Below, in pieces: positions 19,663-34,588 of a DNA stretch of 64,000 nucleotides. The position numbers and the translations under genes are program-made. The first letter of the stretch is position 1. Every line of letters starts with the position of its first letter. The notes under the pieces are model-generated. The model saw only the letters and a program-made list of their open reading frames with translations. It ran no database searches and had not been told where the DNA came from. The stretch is from an uncultured Chloroflexia bacterium (lineage in GTDB: Bacteria; Chloroflexota; Limnocylindria; Limnocylindrales; CSP1-4). The stretch is from contig CAVRGP010000002.1 in the NCBI GenBank assembly GCA_963720755.1, positions 64,001 through 128,000 of the forward strand, in the 5' to 3' direction.

Positions 19663-20939
19663 CAGACGAGGTACCGCCCGTACAGGTAGATCGACGACAT
19701 GACGAGCGAGACGGCAGCGACCAGCAGTCCGTAGCGCAGGAAGTGGAAGAAGCTGATGCCATGGCCGGCCCTGCCGGCCATGTTCGCGACGACGACGTTG
19801 GCGGAGGCACCGACGATCGTGGCGTTGCCACCGAGGCAGGCGCCCAGGGCCAGCGACCACCACAGCGGTTCGAGCGGAAGCCCGGCCACGCCCATCTGCT
19901 GCACGACCGGGATCATGGTGGCGGTGTACGGGATGTTGTCGATGATCGCCGAGGCGATCCCGGACAGCCACAGCAGCCCGATCGTGGTCACGGTCGCGTC
20001 GCCGCCGGTGAGGTCCAACAGGGCGGTCGCGATCGAATCGATGATCCCGACGCGAACGACTGCCTCGACGAGCATGAACAGGCCGACGAAGAAGAACAGG
20101 GTCGGCCACTCCACCTCGCGCAGGATCGGTTCGACCTCGAGCCGCGACAGGAGAAGCAGCACCGCGGCACCGAGCAGCGCGATCGTGCCGGCCTCGAGGC
20201 CGAGCGGCGTGGCCAGGAGGAATCCGACGATCGTCCCCCCGATGACGGCCAGGCTCAGGCGGAGCAGTGGCGTATCGGTGAGGACCTCTCGCTCGTCGAG
20301 GGCGAGCACGGCATCGCGGACGTCAGCGTGGACCTCAAGGTCGCGCCCGAACAGGAACCGGGTCATGAGCAGGAAGACGACCAGGATCACCAGCACGATC
20401 GGTGCCATGTTGGCCAGGAAGTCGAGGAACCCGAGTTCGGCCGCCGATCCGATGAGGATGTTCGGCGGGTCGCCGATGAGCGTTGCTGCCCCGCCGATGT
20501 TGGAGGCGAGGATCTCGCTGATCAGGAATGGCACGGGTGACACGCGAAGGACCGTCGCGATGTAGAGCGTCACCGGAGCGATGAGCACGACCGTGGTGAC
20601 GTTGTCCAGGAACGCGGACAACCCGGCACAGACGACGCTCAGGACGATCAGCAGGCGGAACGGCTCGCCCCCGGCGATCTTCACCGAGCGGATGGCGAGC
20701 CACTGGAAGAACCCTGTCCGGCGAAGGATCGAGGCCATCACCATCATCCCCGCCAGCAGGAAGATCACGTTGAGGTCGATCGCCCCGAACGCTTCCTGTT
20801 GATCGATGATCCCGACGACCACGACCGCGGTCCCGCCGAGCAAGGCGGCGACGGTCTTGTCGATCCGTTCGGTCGCGATCAGCGCGTAGGTCGCGACGAA
20901 GATCAAGGCGGTCAGCGCGACGGCCGGATCCATCGTCAC
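19662..20939 (-). CDS. ArsB/NhaD (IT superfamily) transporter
   Basis: SAFLDNVTT, SNIGGAATLIGDPPN, IDNIPY, GGNATIVGASAN. Confidence 0.93.
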   Translation of the reverse strand: MTMDPAVALTALIFVATYALIATERIDKTVAALLGGTAVVVVGIIDQQEAFGAIDLNVIFLLAGMMVMASILRRTGFFQWLAIRSVKIAGGEPFRLLIVLSVVCAGLSAFLDNVTTVVLIAPVTLYIATVLRVSPVPFLISEILASNIGGAATLIGDPPNILIGSAAELGFLDFLANMAPIVLVILVVFLLMTRFLFGRDLEVHADVRDAVLALDEREVLTDTPLLRLSLAVIGGTIVGFLLATPLGLEAGTIALLGAAVLLLLSRLEVEPILREVEWPTLFFFVGLFMLVEAVVRVGIIDSIATALLDLTGGDATVTTIGLLWLSGIASAIIDNIPYTATMIPVVQQMGVAGLPLEPLWWSLALGACLGGNATIVGASANVVVANMAGRAGHGISFFHFLRYGLLVAAVSLVMSSIYLYGRYLV

Positions 20940-21415
20940 CTGTCGATCGGCGAGGATCCGGCCTCGAGGACGTCGACGTAGTGGATGGCCAGCTCGAGCA
21001 TGTCGAGATATCCGGTCGGGCGACCGTCGTCGTCGATGACGTACAGGCCGGACAGGTGGAGGTGATGCATGCGCTGGAAGGCCTCGGCGATCGTCGAATG
21101 GGGTCGGATCGTGGCCGGCTTCAGCATCGCCTCGCCAGCCGTCCGGGCGTCGAGGAAATGGCCGAACCTGGCGACGTCGGCGATGTCATTGATGTCGCCG
21201 AGGAGCGATTCGGGAACGACCCGGGCGATGACCGATTCGACGACACGGAGCGCCGGCAGGACGCCGACCAGGACGCCGGACTCGTCTACGACCCCGATGA
21301 CGCGCGTTTCGGGCCGGGCCGCCGACCGGCGCATGACCACGAGGAGATCGTCGTCCCGGGCTGCCAGGACGGGTCCGATCTCGAGCAGATCCTGGCAATC
21401 GGAGACCGGGGTCAA
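20936..21415 (-). CDS. CBS-domain protein
   Basis: Tandem CBS-like VVDESGVLVG and VIDDDGRPTGYL; overlaps NhaD start; start uncertain. Confidence 0.8.
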   Translation of the reverse strand: MTPVSDCQDLLEIGPVLAARDDDLLVVMRRSAARPETRVIGVVDESGVLVGVLPALRVVESVIARVVPESLLGDINDIADVARFGHFLDARTAGEAMLKPATIRPHSTIAEAFQRMHHLHLSGLYVIDDDGRPTGYLDMLELAIHYVDVLEAGSSPIDR

Positions 21416-21452
21416 CCGGGCCTGATCGGCCGGACCGGTCTCCCGGCCCCGG

Positions 21453-22614
21453 TCACCAGGCGGCACGGGTCTGTCGGATGTTGATGCTCTGGAGGATGCC
21501 GAGACCTGCGGCGATGCTGACGAGCGACGCACCGCCGTGGGTCACGAAGGGAAGCGGGATCCCCGTGATCGGCATGACCCCGAGGACCATCCCCACGTTG
21601 ACGACGAGCTGGAACATGATCATCGAGGCGACACCGGCCGCGAACAGGGTCCCGAACGCATCGCGGGACCGCCAGCCGGTGACCAGGACCCGCCAGACCA
21701 GCAGGACGAACAGGATGAACAGGACCACACCCCCGATGAATCCGAGCTCCTCGGCCAGCGTGGCGAAGACCATGTCGGTGGCCTGGACCGGCAGGAACGC
21801 TCCCTGCGTCTGCGTCCCGTTCGTCAGACCCTTGCCGATGAGGCCGCCCGAGCCCGACCGCGATCTGGGCCTGGTGGAGCTGGTATCCGGCCCCCTGGAT
21901 GTCGGGGTTGGCGTCGAGGAATTGGGTCAGGCGCTCCTTCTGATAGTCGCGCAGGACGTAGTTCCACACGATCGGGACCATCGCCAGGACACCGGCTGCC
22001 AGGAGCACCAGCCAGCGCAGGCTCGCGCCCGACATCCAGAGCATCCCGGCGAGGATGGCACCGAAGACCAGGGACGTGCCCAGATCCGGTTGGAGCAGGA
22101 CCAGGATCAACGGCGGCCCGACCAGGAAGCATGCGCCGATGATCGCGACGAGCGAATCGAGCTTGCCCTCGCGCGACGCCAGGTAGGCGGCCAGGACGAT
22201 GATCATCAGGATCTTGGCCAGCTCGCTGAACTGGAAGGTGAGCGGACCGATGGTGATCCAGCGAGCGGAACCGCCGACCCCCGAACCGATGCCCAGGGTC
22301 ACGATCAGCAGGCCGAGCTGCAGCGCGTAGATGGGCCAGGCGAGCGTCTTGAGCCAGTGGTAGTCGAAGATCGTGGTCACCACGAAGACGACGACGGCGA
22401 TCCCGGCCCACATCAGGCCGCGGCTGAACGTCGTGCCCGCGGCCAGCGGGACCGAGCCGTCACCCACGCTGTTGGTGTAGGCCATGACCAGGCCGACCGC
22501 CACGAGCAGGGCGGCGTACGTCGTCAGCTGCAGGTCGTAGGCGCGCCACGCCGCCCCGACCGACTTGGCGGCCCAGTCGCTGACGCGTGCGGGTTCGGCT
22601 CGGATGACGCCCAT
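21453..22614 (-). CDS. rodA: Rod-shape SEDS protein RodA, split by a 1-nt insertion near 21854
   Basis: QFSELAK, QPDLGT, YQKERL in upstream frame; EELGF, GVMPITGIPLPF in downstream frame; removing one base restores IAVGSGGLIGKG. Confidence 0.93.
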
Positions 22615-24512
22615 CAGTTGCTCTGGTAGAAGTTGCCGCGCTTGAGAAGGTCCGGCAAGCGGTAGTCCTTCTTGATCCCGTAGTGGAGCTGAAGGAAGTA
22701 CTTGACGATCTCGGTCCCGACGTTCCCGGTCGTTCGTGAGTCGTACGCGAATGCCAGGACCACAAGGTCCGAACTCGTCGCATTGAACGACCCGTGCTTC
22801 GCATCCTTCGGCACGAACCCGACGAACCACGAGCTGTATGGCAACCGGCCCTTGCTGTCCCGGATCCCGAATTCGGCGGTCCCGGACTTGCCGGCGACCC
22901 TGATCGGCAGGTCGACGAGGTTGTACGTGTGACGGAGCGTGACCACGGACCTGGCGGCATTGCGCATCACCTTGAGCACGCTGCCCGGCACCTTCATCTT
23001 GTGGAGGACCTTCGGCTGGAACGGTCGGACGACCGTCCCGTCCGGCCCCACGATGTCGTGGACGATCTGCGGCTGGTACAGCGTCCCTCCGTTGGCCAGC
23101 GCCGCGTAGGCATTGATCAATTGGATCGGGGTCACGACGTCATACCCCTGGCCGATCCCGGCCTGATAGGTCTCGCCCGGAAAGATCGGAGCGCCGAGGA
23201 CATCCTGCTTCCATGTGTTGGTCGGGACGATCCCGGAAACCTCACCGGGAAGGTCGATCCCGGTCGGCGAACCGAACCCGTATTGCCTCGCCCAGTAGCC
23301 GAGCCGGTCGATGCCCAGCTTGCCGGCCATCTGGAAGAAGAACGTGTCGCTCGAGTGGCCGAAACCGCAATAGATGTCGCAGGCGCCGAAACCCGTGTGG
23401 TTCCAGTCATAGAACTTGGTCGAGCCCAGGGTCAGGTATCCCCGTGTCTGGACCTTGGTGGTCGAGGTGATCTTCTTGTCCGCGAGCGCGCCGGTCCCGG
23501 CGACGAGCTTGTACGTCGATCCGGGAGGATAGTGCGCCTGGACGGCGTGGTTCAGGAGCGGCTTGTTCGGATTGCGCAGGAGCTTCTGGAACTCGACGTT
23601 GCTGATCCCGCGGGCGAACTGGTTGTTGTCGTAGGTCGGCAGGCTGACGAGGGCCAGGATCTCGCCGGTCTGCGGGTTCATCGCGATGACGACCCCACGT
23701 TTGATCCCGACCTTGTTCATCGCCCACACCAGCGCCTTTTGGGCGTACTGCTGTTCCTTCGTGTCGATCGTGAGGGTGAGTGAATCGCCCGGCTGCGGTT
23801 CGGCGATCGTCTGGAGGACCTGCGTCTTCCGGCCAGTGGCGTCTCGCTCGACGTTCTCGCTGCCGTAGACCCCGCGCAACTGGGTCTCATATTCCGACTC
23901 GAGCCCGGCCTTGCCGATCAGGTCGTCCGGCAGGTAGCCCTCGTCCTTGAGGACCTTGAGCTGGTCGCCGTTGACCGGACCCGTATATCCGAGGATCTGC
24001 GACAGCAACGGCCCATCCGTGTACTGCCGACGCGCCTCGACCGAGACGACCACCCCCGGCAGATCGGTGCCGGCCTCCGAGATGAGCCGGGCCGTTGCTT
24101 CGTCGACATCGGCCGCGATACGGACCAGGTCGAAAGTCGATCCCGGATTGCCGTCGATCGTGGCGTTGATGTCCGCGGGGTCCTTGCCCAGCAGCGCCGC
24201 CAGGCGCGCGACGACCGTGGGCCGTTGGTCCAGCGGAAGGTCAGCGGGACGAAGCTTGACCACGAACGTGGCCACGTTCGTGACCAGGACGCGGCCGGTC
24301 CGATCGTAGATGAGGCCGCGGGGTGCCGGGATCGCCTCCAGGACCGTCCGATTCTGGACCGACAACGTGGCCAGTCGGGTGCCGTCCACGATCTGCAGGT
24401 AGAACAACCGTCCGATGAGGCCGGTCACGGCCAGGATGACGACCAGGCCGAACGTCGCGAATCGCGAGATCGAGCGGATCGGCCGGGGCCGTTCGCTGGG
24501 GAACGCGCTCAC
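22614..24512 (-). CDS. mrdA: Penicillin-binding protein 2 (class B)
   Basis: APRGLIYDR, PGSTYK (SxxK), SSD, KSGTA motifs. Confidence 0.96.
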   Translation of the reverse strand: MSAFPSERPRPIRSISRFATFGLVVILAVTGLIGRLFYLQIVDGTRLATLSVQNRTVLEAIPAPRGLIYDRTGRVLVTNVATFVVKLRPADLPLDQRPTVVARLAALLGKDPADINATIDGNPGSTFDLVRIAADVDEATARLISEAGTDLPGVVVSVEARRQYTDGPLLSQILGYTGPVNGDQLKVLKDEGYLPDDLIGKAGLESEYETQLRGVYGSENVERDATGRKTQVLQTIAEPQPGDSLTLTIDTKEQQYAQKALVWAMNKVGIKRGVVIAMNPQTGEILALVSLPTYDNNQFARGISNVEFQKLLRNPNKPLLNHAVQAHYPPGSTYKLVAGTGALADKKITSTTKVQTRGYLTLGSTKFYDWNHTGFGACDIYCGFGHSSDTFFFQMAGKLGIDRLGYWARQYGFGSPTGIDLPGEVSGIVPTNTWKQDVLGAPIFPGETYQAGIGQGYDVVTPIQLINAYAALANGGTLYQPQIVHDIVGPDGTVVRPFQPKVLHKMKVPGSVLKVMRNAARSVVTLRHTYNLVDLPIRVAGKSGTAEFGIRDSKGRLPYSSWFVGFVPKDAKHGSFNATSSDLVVLAFAYDSRTTGNVGTEIVKYFLQLHYGIKKDYRLPDLLKRGNFYQSN

Positions 24513-25009
24513 CAGTCCACCCGGTCCGACTCGACACGACGATCATGGATCGAGATGATCAGGGGCCCGAACAGAGCTGCGAGGACGACGTCATACACCG
24601 CGCCCGGCAGGAGCAGGGCGATCGGATCGGCCACCGGGATCGGCGTTCGGAGCGCGTTGAAGGCGATGAACAGGATCATGGAGTAGGCAAGGCTCACAAG
24701 GGCGGTGGCGAGGATCGGGACGATCGGGCGGAGACGCGAGAGCAGATGTCCGAGAGCTGCCGTGGCGCCGACACACAGCAGGAGCGCGAAGGCGGTCGAA
24801 CCGAGCGGCCGTTGGACGAGAACATCAAGGACGAGGCCCCCCACGAAGGCCCAGACGAGCCCGGCTTCCAGACCGATCGCCACCGTTACGATGATCCCGA
24901 ACACGAGCACGAGGTGTGGTTCGCCGGTGCCGACGCGCAGATACTGGCCCACGGTCAGTTCCAGCAAGGCCGTAACCGTCGCACCGACCGCGGCGAGCAG
25001 CAGGGTCAT
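24509..25009 (-). CDS. mreD: Rod shape-determining protein MreD
   Basis: Polytopic; AFVGGLVLD...PLG motif; overlaps mrdA start. Confidence 0.88.
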   Translation of the reverse strand: MTLLLAAVGATVTALLELTVGQYLRVGTGEPHLVLVFGIIVTVAIGLEAGLVWAFVGGLVLDVLVQRPLGSTAFALLLCVGATAALGHLLSRLRPIVPILATALVSLAYSMILFIAFNALRTPIPVADPIALLLPGAVYDVVLAALFGPLIISIHDRRVESDRVDW

Positions 25010-25179
25010 CGGGCGAATCGATCCTCGGCGGTTTGGCCGAAGGTCGCACCCGCCCGCACGGTCCCTCGAGTGACGGTCGAACGGCGGCGACCTCCGGCCC
25101 AGTATCCCACGGACCCGCGATCCGGGCAACGGAGGCCCGTGGAACCCGGTGGCCCTGGAACGCCGACCTCGATCGCCAC

Positions 25180-25195
25180 CGTTTCACGTGAAACG
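25180..25195. promoter_or_regulatory. parS site 1
   Basis: Perfect palindrome CGTTTCACGTGAAACG vs consensus TGTTTCACGTGAAACA, upstream of parA. Confidence 0.92.
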
Positions 25196-25214
25196 GTTCC
25201 CCAACGATCGCGGA

Positions 25215-25230
25215 TGTTGCACGTGAAACA
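25215..25230. promoter_or_regulatory. parS site 2
   Basis: TGTTGCACGTGAAACA, one mismatch to consensus. Confidence 0.88.
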
Positions 25231-25422
25231 TCGGCGACGCCACGTGCTGGGCCGCCCATAGCTACGGCCGGGTCGACTCGTGGATGACCCTCGATCGATC
25301 GGTCGATATGCGCCAGCCAAGGTCGAGCCGCCACCATCGGCGGCAGGGCGCGTGGGATGGGGGTCAACCGGTCAGCGATGGTAGAATCCAGCATCGTGAG
25401 AACGATCCGAGCAGGACACTGA

Positions 25423-29066
<3,644 letters not shown>

Positions 29067-29097
29067 GCCGAGGCGGGCGGCGGTCGCGTCCCGTCCT

Positions 29098-29601
29098 GTG
29101 ATCGAGACGCCCTCGGGGCGGTTCGAATTCGCCGCGCATAACTGCTTCGCCTGCGGGACGCTGAACGCCGGGGGTCTCGGGCTCGACCTCCACGTCGAGC
29201 CCGGGCGTTCCTGGGTGGCCCTGGCCCTGGACTCGCGGTTCGAAGGCTGGGAAGGGGTCGTCCACGGCGGGATCATCTGCACGATCCTCGACGAGGTCAT
29301 GGCCTGGGCGCTCGTCGGCGAAGACAACTGGGGCGTGACGGCGCGGATGGCCGTCGACTTCCGGCGGCCCGCGCCGGTCGGGACCCAGATCCGGGCGGAG
29401 GGCTGGGTCACCCGATCGCGGCGCAGGGTGGTCGATACGGCGGCACATATCGTCGACGCGGGCACCGGCACCGAATTGGCCACCGCGACGGGCACCTACG
29501 TGGCGGCGAGCGCGGCGCGCAAGCGTGACCTGCAGGCCAGGTATGCCTATCGACTTCCCGGCGGCCCCGTGGGGTCCGGCGAAGACCAGGACGCCCCGTG
29601 A
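29098..29601 (+). CDS. PaaI-family hotdog thioesterase
   Basis: CFACGxxNxxGL, EGWEGVVHGGIICTILDE; start uncertain (29056/29098). Confidence 0.88.
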   Translation: MIETPSGRFEFAAHNCFACGTLNAGGLGLDLHVEPGRSWVALALDSRFEGWEGVVHGGIICTILDEVMAWALVGEDNWGVTARMAVDFRRPAPVGTQIRAEGWVTRSRRRVVDTAAHIVDAGTGTELATATGTYVAASAARKRDLQARYAYRLPGGPVGSGEDQDAP

Positions 29602-30569
29602 TGGCGATGTCGGCGAAGGAGGACGTCACGACCGACGCCGTCGCATTCGTCGCCGCCCGGCGTGCCCCGGCCGAGGCGCTGGGCCGATCCCTCGGGGAGC
29701 TCGTCAACGACCCGGAGGCGTTCGCCCGCACGTTCACCAGCGGCCTGTCGACGCTCGCCGACCCGGGCTACCTCGCCGGCCAACGACGGGTCGCTCCCGG
29801 GATCGGACCCATCCACGGTGTCCGCCAGCCGATCCTGGCCACCGTTGCGCGAGCCTTCCGGAGCGCGACTCGAGACCAGCACGCGACGTCGCTCCTGTTC
29901 ATCGCCGACCGCCTGTTCAAGGAGGTCGAGCTCGAGGCACGCTGGTTCGCGTTCGGCCTGCTCGACCGGACGCTCGCGAGCGAGACGGAGCGAACCTGGC
30001 AGTTGCTGCGCCGCGCCGCCCGGGAGACCAGGGACTGGATCACCGTCGATTCGCTGGCCCATCCCTACGGTCGGGGGATCCTCGCCGAGCCGTATCGCTG
30101 GGCCGAGCTCGAACTGCTCGTCTACAGCCCGTCGCGATGGGAGCGCCGCCTGGTCGGATCGAGCATCGCCACGATGTCCCATCCCAGTGGGCGACCGGAC
30201 CGCGATCCGGTCGTCGCTCAGCACGGTCTGCCGCTCCTCGCGAACCTGATGGGTGACGCCGAACCGGATGTCCAGAAGGCCATCTCGTGGGCGTATCGCT
30301 CGCTGATCCCGGTCGACCGGGCGATGACGGAGGCAGCTCTGCTCGAGCAAACGGACCTCGCCGCCCGGACGGACGACGGTCATCGGGCCTGGGTCGTCCG
30401 AGACACCCTGACGAAACTCGACCCGGCACTGGCCGACCGGATCCGGGCGACCCTGGCCGGTGTCCGGAAGCGCCCCGGCGCGCCTGCCACATCGGATGCC
30501 GCGGCGATCACGGCGCGGTTCGGGACCCTGCCGGATCCCACCACCCACCCGGAGCCCCCGCTCACATGA
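29598..30569 (+). CDS. DNA alkylation repair (AlkD-like HEAT-repeat) protein
   Basis: HGVRQP, DWITVDSLA, WERR, DVQKAISWAYR resemble AlkD family motifs. Confidence 0.75.
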   Translation: MMAMSAKEDVTTDAVAFVAARRAPAEALGRSLGELVNDPEAFARTFTSGLSTLADPGYLAGQRRVAPGIGPIHGVRQPILATVARAFRSATRDQHATSLLFIADRLFKEVELEARWFAFGLLDRTLASETERTWQLLRRAARETRDWITVDSLAHPYGRGILAEPYRWAELELLVYSPSRWERRLVGSSIATMSHPSGRPDRDPVVAQHGLPLLANLMGDAEPDVQKAISWAYRSLIPVDRAMTEAALLEQTDLAARTDDGHRAWVVRDTLTKLDPALADRIRATLAGVRKRPGAPATSDAAAITARFGTLPDPTTHPEPPLT

Positions 30570-30615
30570 CCGACGACCGACTCGACCCCGCTGAACGGAC
30601 AGGAGCGACTCGAAC

Positions 30616-33180
30616 GTGACCGACGACCTGGGCCAATTCCGATCGATCCGCATCGAGGACGAGATGCGGGTCAGCTACCTCGATTACGCGATGAGCGTGA
30701 TCGTGTCGCGAGCCCTGCCCGATGTCCGCGACGGCTTCAAGCCGGTCCACCGCCGGATCCTCTACGCGATGGGCGAGATGGGCCTGTCCTCGACAAGCTC
30801 GTACCGGAAGTGCGCGGCCATCGTCGGCGAGGTGATGGGCAAGTACCACCCCCACGGCGACAGCGCGCTGTACGACGCGCTCGTGCGGCTGGCGCAGGAC
30901 TTCTCGATGCGCTACCCGCTCGTCGACGGGCAGGGCAACTTCGGGTCGGTCGACGGCGACACGGCGGCCGCCATGCGCTACACCGAGGCGCGGTTGACGG
31001 CCATCGCCGGCGAGATGCTGGCCGATATCGACAAGGACACGGTCGACTTCGTCGACAACTACGACGGCACCCAGAAGCAGCCGTCGGTGCTCCCGGCCCG
31101 GCTCCCGAACCTGCTCGTCAACGGCAGTTCCGGGATCGCCGTCGGGATGGCCACCAACATCCCGCCCCACCATCTGGGCGAGATCGTCGACGCCACCATC
31201 GCCATGATCGACGACCCCGATCTGACCTCCGACGATCTGTGCAAGTTCGTGCTCGGCCCGGACTTCCCGACCGGGGGGACGATCTATCGCTATGAACGCC
31301 AGCGCAATCTGCTGACGGGTGAATGGGAGGTCGTCGACGCGATCCGCCAGATGTACGCGCACGGCCGGGGCCGCGTCGTCATGCGCGCGCAGGTGGCGTT
31401 CGAGGAGGTCCGGGGCGACCGGACCGCGATCGTCGTCACGGAATTGCCGTATCAGGTGAACAAGGCCAGTCTGCTCGAGAAGATCGCCGATCTGGTCAAG
31501 GACAAGCGGATCGAGGGGATCGGCGACCTGCGCGACGAGTCCGATCGGGACGGGATGCGCATCTACATCGAGCTCAAACGAGATGCCAATCCGCACAAGG
31601 TCCTCAACAATCTGTTCAAGCACACCCCACTGCAACTCGCGTTCAACATGAACATGCTCGCCCTGGTCGATGGGCAACCGCAGACGCTCCCGCTTCGAAG
31701 CGTCCTGACCCACTATCTCGAGCATCGACGCGAGATCATCCGGCGCCGGACCGAGTTCGACCTCGGCAAGGCGCGCGCGAGGGCCCATATCCTCGAAGGG
31801 CTCAAAGTCGCGCTGGACAACCTCGACGCGGTGATCAAGACCATCCGCGAATTGGCCGAGGTGGACGACGCCCGATCCAACCTGATGAGCCGGTTCGATC
31901 TATCCGAGCTCCAGGCACAGGCCATCCTCGACATGCGCCTCGCCCGTCTGGCCGCGCTCGAGCGCAAGAAGATCGAGGACGAGTACCTGGCCATCATCCA
32001 GCTGATCGCCGAGCTCGAGGACATCCTCGCCAACCCGGCCCGGGTCAGCCAGATCATCAAGGATGAGCTCGCCGAGCTGAAGAAGAAGTACGCCGGCGAA
32101 CGACGGACCCGCGTCGCCGACGATGCCAGCCGCGAGATGACCGACGAGGACCTCATCGCCGACGAGGACGTCGTGGTGACGATCTCGGGGCGCGGCTACA
32201 TCAAGCGCCAGCCGGTTGCCACCTATCGGCGCCAGCACCGCGGCGGCAAGGGGATCATCGGCCACGTGACTCGCGAAGAGGATGCCGTCGAGCATCTCCT
32301 CGTTGCGAACACCCATCACTGGGCGTTGTTCTTCACCAATCGGGGCCGCGTCTTCTCGGCCAAGGTCCACGCGATCCCCGATGCCAGCCGGCAGGCCAAG
32401 GGCATCCCGATCATCAATCTGCCCGGCGTCCAGGTCGAATTGGGCGAGGTCCCGATGGCGACGATCATGCTCCCCGATTTCACCGCCGGGTCCTACCTCG
32501 TGCTCGCGACCCGGCGAGGCATGATCAAGAAGACACCGCTCGAGCAGTTCGAGCGGGTCAGGTCGTCCGGGATCCGGGCGATCACGCTGCGTGACGAGGA
32601 CGAGTTGGCCTGGGTGGATGTCTCCACCGGCGACGACGACGTCATCATCGCCACGGCGCAGGGCAAGCTGGCCCGCTTCTCGGAGGACGAGGTCCGGGCC
32701 ATGGGTCGTGACGCTGCCGGTGTCATCGGGATCAGACTGGCCCGCAAGGGCGACTCGGTCATCGGGATGAGCGTCGTCCAGCCCGACAGCGACCTGCTCG
32801 TCCTGAGCGAGACGGGCTACGGCAAGCGCGTGCCGCTGACCGACTTCCGCCGGAAGCATCGCGGTGGTCAGGGTGTCGGACTGATCAGCCTCGAAGGTCG
32901 CAAGACCGGCGATGTCGCCGCTGTCCAGCAGGTCACCGAGGAGGATGAGGAGCTCCTGCTCATCAGTGCCGGCGGCCAGGTCATCCGGACCGAAACGAAC
33001 ACCATCAATCGCTACTCGCCGCACGCTCGGGGCGTGATCGTCATGCGCCTGGCCGAGGGCGATCGGGTCGTGGCCATCGCGGCGTTCCGGGCGGGACTTG
33101 CGGACCAGGACGTCATGGGCGACGATGGCGTCCCGGGAACCGACGGCACGAGCCCCGCGGGTCCGGGAACCGGCGGATGA
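30616..33180 (+). CDS. gyrA: DNA gyrase subunit A
   Basis: [26 protein letters not shown], GyrA-box QHRGGKG. Confidence 0.98.
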   Translation: MTDDLGQFRSIRIEDEMRVSYLDYAMSVIVSRALPDVRDGFKPVHRRILYAMGEMGLSSTSSYRKCAAIVGEVMGKYHPHGDSALYDALVRLAQDFSMRYPLVDGQGNFGSVDGDTAAAMRYTEARLTAIAGEMLADIDKDTVDFVDNYDGTQKQPSVLPARLPNLLVNGSSGIAVGMATNIPPHHLGEIVDATIAMIDDPDLTSDDLCKFVLGPDFPTGGTIYRYERQRNLLTGEWEVVDAIRQMYAHGRGRVVMRAQVAFEEVRGDRTAIVVTELPYQVNKASLLEKIADLVKDKRIEGIGDLRDESDRDGMRIYIELKRDANPHKVLNNLFKHTPLQLAFNMNMLALVDGQPQTLPLRSVLTHYLEHRREIIRRRTEFDLGKARARAHILEGLKVALDNLDAVIKTIRELAEVDDARSNLMSRFDLSELQAQAILDMRLARLAALERKKIEDEYLAIIQLIAELEDILANPARVSQIIKDELAELKKKYAGERRTRVADDASREMTDEDLIADEDVVVTISGRGYIKRQPVATYRRQHRGGKGIIGHVTREEDAVEHLLVANTHHWALFFTNRGRVFSAKVHAIPDASRQAKGIPIINLPGVQVELGEVPMATIMLPDFTAGSYLVLATRRGMIKKTPLEQFERVRSSGIRAITLRDEDELAWVDVSTGDDDVIIATAQGKLARFSEDEVRAMGRDAAGVIGIRLARKGDSVIGMSVVQPDSDLLVLSETGYGKRVPLTDFRRKHRGGQGVGLISLEGRKTGDVAAVQQVTEEDEELLLISAGGQVIRTETNTINRYSPHARGVIVMRLAEGDRVVAIAAFRAGLADQDVMGDDGVPGTDGTSPAGPGTGG

Positions 33181-33187
33181 GCCCGAC

Positions 33188-34300
33188 GTGACGGGTTCGG
33201 CCTTCGGCGGACGGGAGGCGGCGCGCTTGTACGCGGACCAGTTCGAGATCTACCACGGCAATTCGAACCCGGACCTTGCCCGCAAGATCTGCCGCTATCT
33301 CGGCACCGAACCGGGCAAGGTCGAGGTCTTCCAGTTCGCGAACGAGAACATCTTCGTCAAGATCCTCGAGAACGTCCGTGAAAAGGACGTCTTCCTGGTC
33401 CAGCCGACGAGTCACCCGGTCAACCAGTCGATCATGGAACTGCTGATCATGATCGACGCCTTCAAGCGTGCCAGCGCCGGTCGGATCACCGCGGTCATCC
33501 CCTTCTACGCCTACGGCCGCTCCGACAAGAAGGACCAGCCGCGCGTCCCGATCACGGCCCGCCTCATCGCCGACATGGTCTCCGTGGCCGGAGCCGATCG
33601 GGTCCTGACGATGGACCTCCACCAGGGTCAGATCCAGGGGTTCTTCAACATCCCGGTCGATGAACTGACCGCGGTCCACATGCTCTCGAACTACTACCGC
33701 CACAAGCACATCGAGGATCCGGTCGTGGTCACCGACCTCGGCTTCGCCAAGCGGGCGCGTGCGTTCGCCGAGCTCCTCGACGCCCCGCTGGCCATCATCG
33801 AGAAACGCCGCGTCGGCAACCTGGACCGAGCCGAACTCATGAACGTCATCGGCGAGGTCAAGGGCAAACGGGCGATCATCGTCGACGACGAGATCGACAC
33901 CGGCGGCACCCTGGTCGAGATCACTCGAGCCCTCGAACGGGAGGGCGTGACCGAGATCTATGCCTGCGCGACCCATGGAGTCCTGAGCGACCCGGCGATC
34001 GACCGGATCGCGGCCTCGAGCGTGCGCGAAGTCGTCCTGACCGACTCCGTCCCACTGCCCGAACGCAAGCGCCTGGCCAAGATCACGACCCTGTCGGTCG
34101 CACCGCTGATCGGGGAGGCCATCAAGCGGATCCATCGCGGTGAGTCGGTCGGGGCCTTGTTCTCCAGCGAGGTGTCGCTCACGCAGGAGATGCTGTTGTG
34201 GGAGGATGGTTCGGAGGCGCTGCTCGACACGCGCCCTGACGATGGCGACGACCCGGCGTCCGATGCCGTGGCGGCGTCGGCACAGGCGGGAGACCGATGA
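33188..34300 (+). CDS. prs: Ribose-phosphate pyrophosphokinase
   Basis: YAYGRSDKK, DLHQGQIQGFF, VDDEIDTGGT, ATHGV. Confidence 0.95.
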   Translation: MTGSAFGGREAARLYADQFEIYHGNSNPDLARKICRYLGTEPGKVEVFQFANENIFVKILENVREKDVFLVQPTSHPVNQSIMELLIMIDAFKRASAGRITAVIPFYAYGRSDKKDQPRVPITARLIADMVSVAGADRVLTMDLHQGQIQGFFNIPVDELTAVHMLSNYYRHKHIEDPVVVTDLGFAKRARAFAELLDAPLAIIEKRRVGNLDRAELMNVIGEVKGKRAIIVDDEIDTGGTLVEITRALEREGVTEIYACATHGVLSDPAIDRIAASSVREVVLTDSVPLPERKRLAKITTLSVAPLIGEAIKRIHRGESVGALFSSEVSLTQEMLLWEDGSEALLDTRPDDGDDPASDAVAASAQAGDR

Positions 34301-34560
34301 CCCTCCAGCTCCACAAGCCAGACGATCACGGGGGCCTCGAGCCGCTGCCGCCCGGTCAGCCCGATTGGCGCAGCCAGCTCCGTTCGCCACGCTGGGGATC
34401 GGGCCGGGCGCACGACCGGATGCCCGCGCTCGCGAACCCGGAGATGAACCCGACGTCCCGGTTCCGTTCGGTCCTGTTCTGGCTCGGCCTGGCGACCGTG
34501 ACGTTCGTGCTGCTGGTCATCGGCTATGGCAGTGGGTTCTGGAGCATCGCCGGGTCCTGA
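34297..34560 (+). CDS. Small hypothetical protein with C-terminal TM
   Basis: ATGA overlap with prs stop, SD GGAG, hydrophobic C-terminus. Confidence 0.65.
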   Translation: MTLQLHKPDDHGGLEPLPPGQPDWRSQLRSPRWGSGRAHDRMPALANPEMNPTSRFRSVLFWLGLATVTFVLLVIGYGSGFWSIAGS

Positions 34561-34588
34561 GCTCGACCTCACCTATACTGCACCGGCC

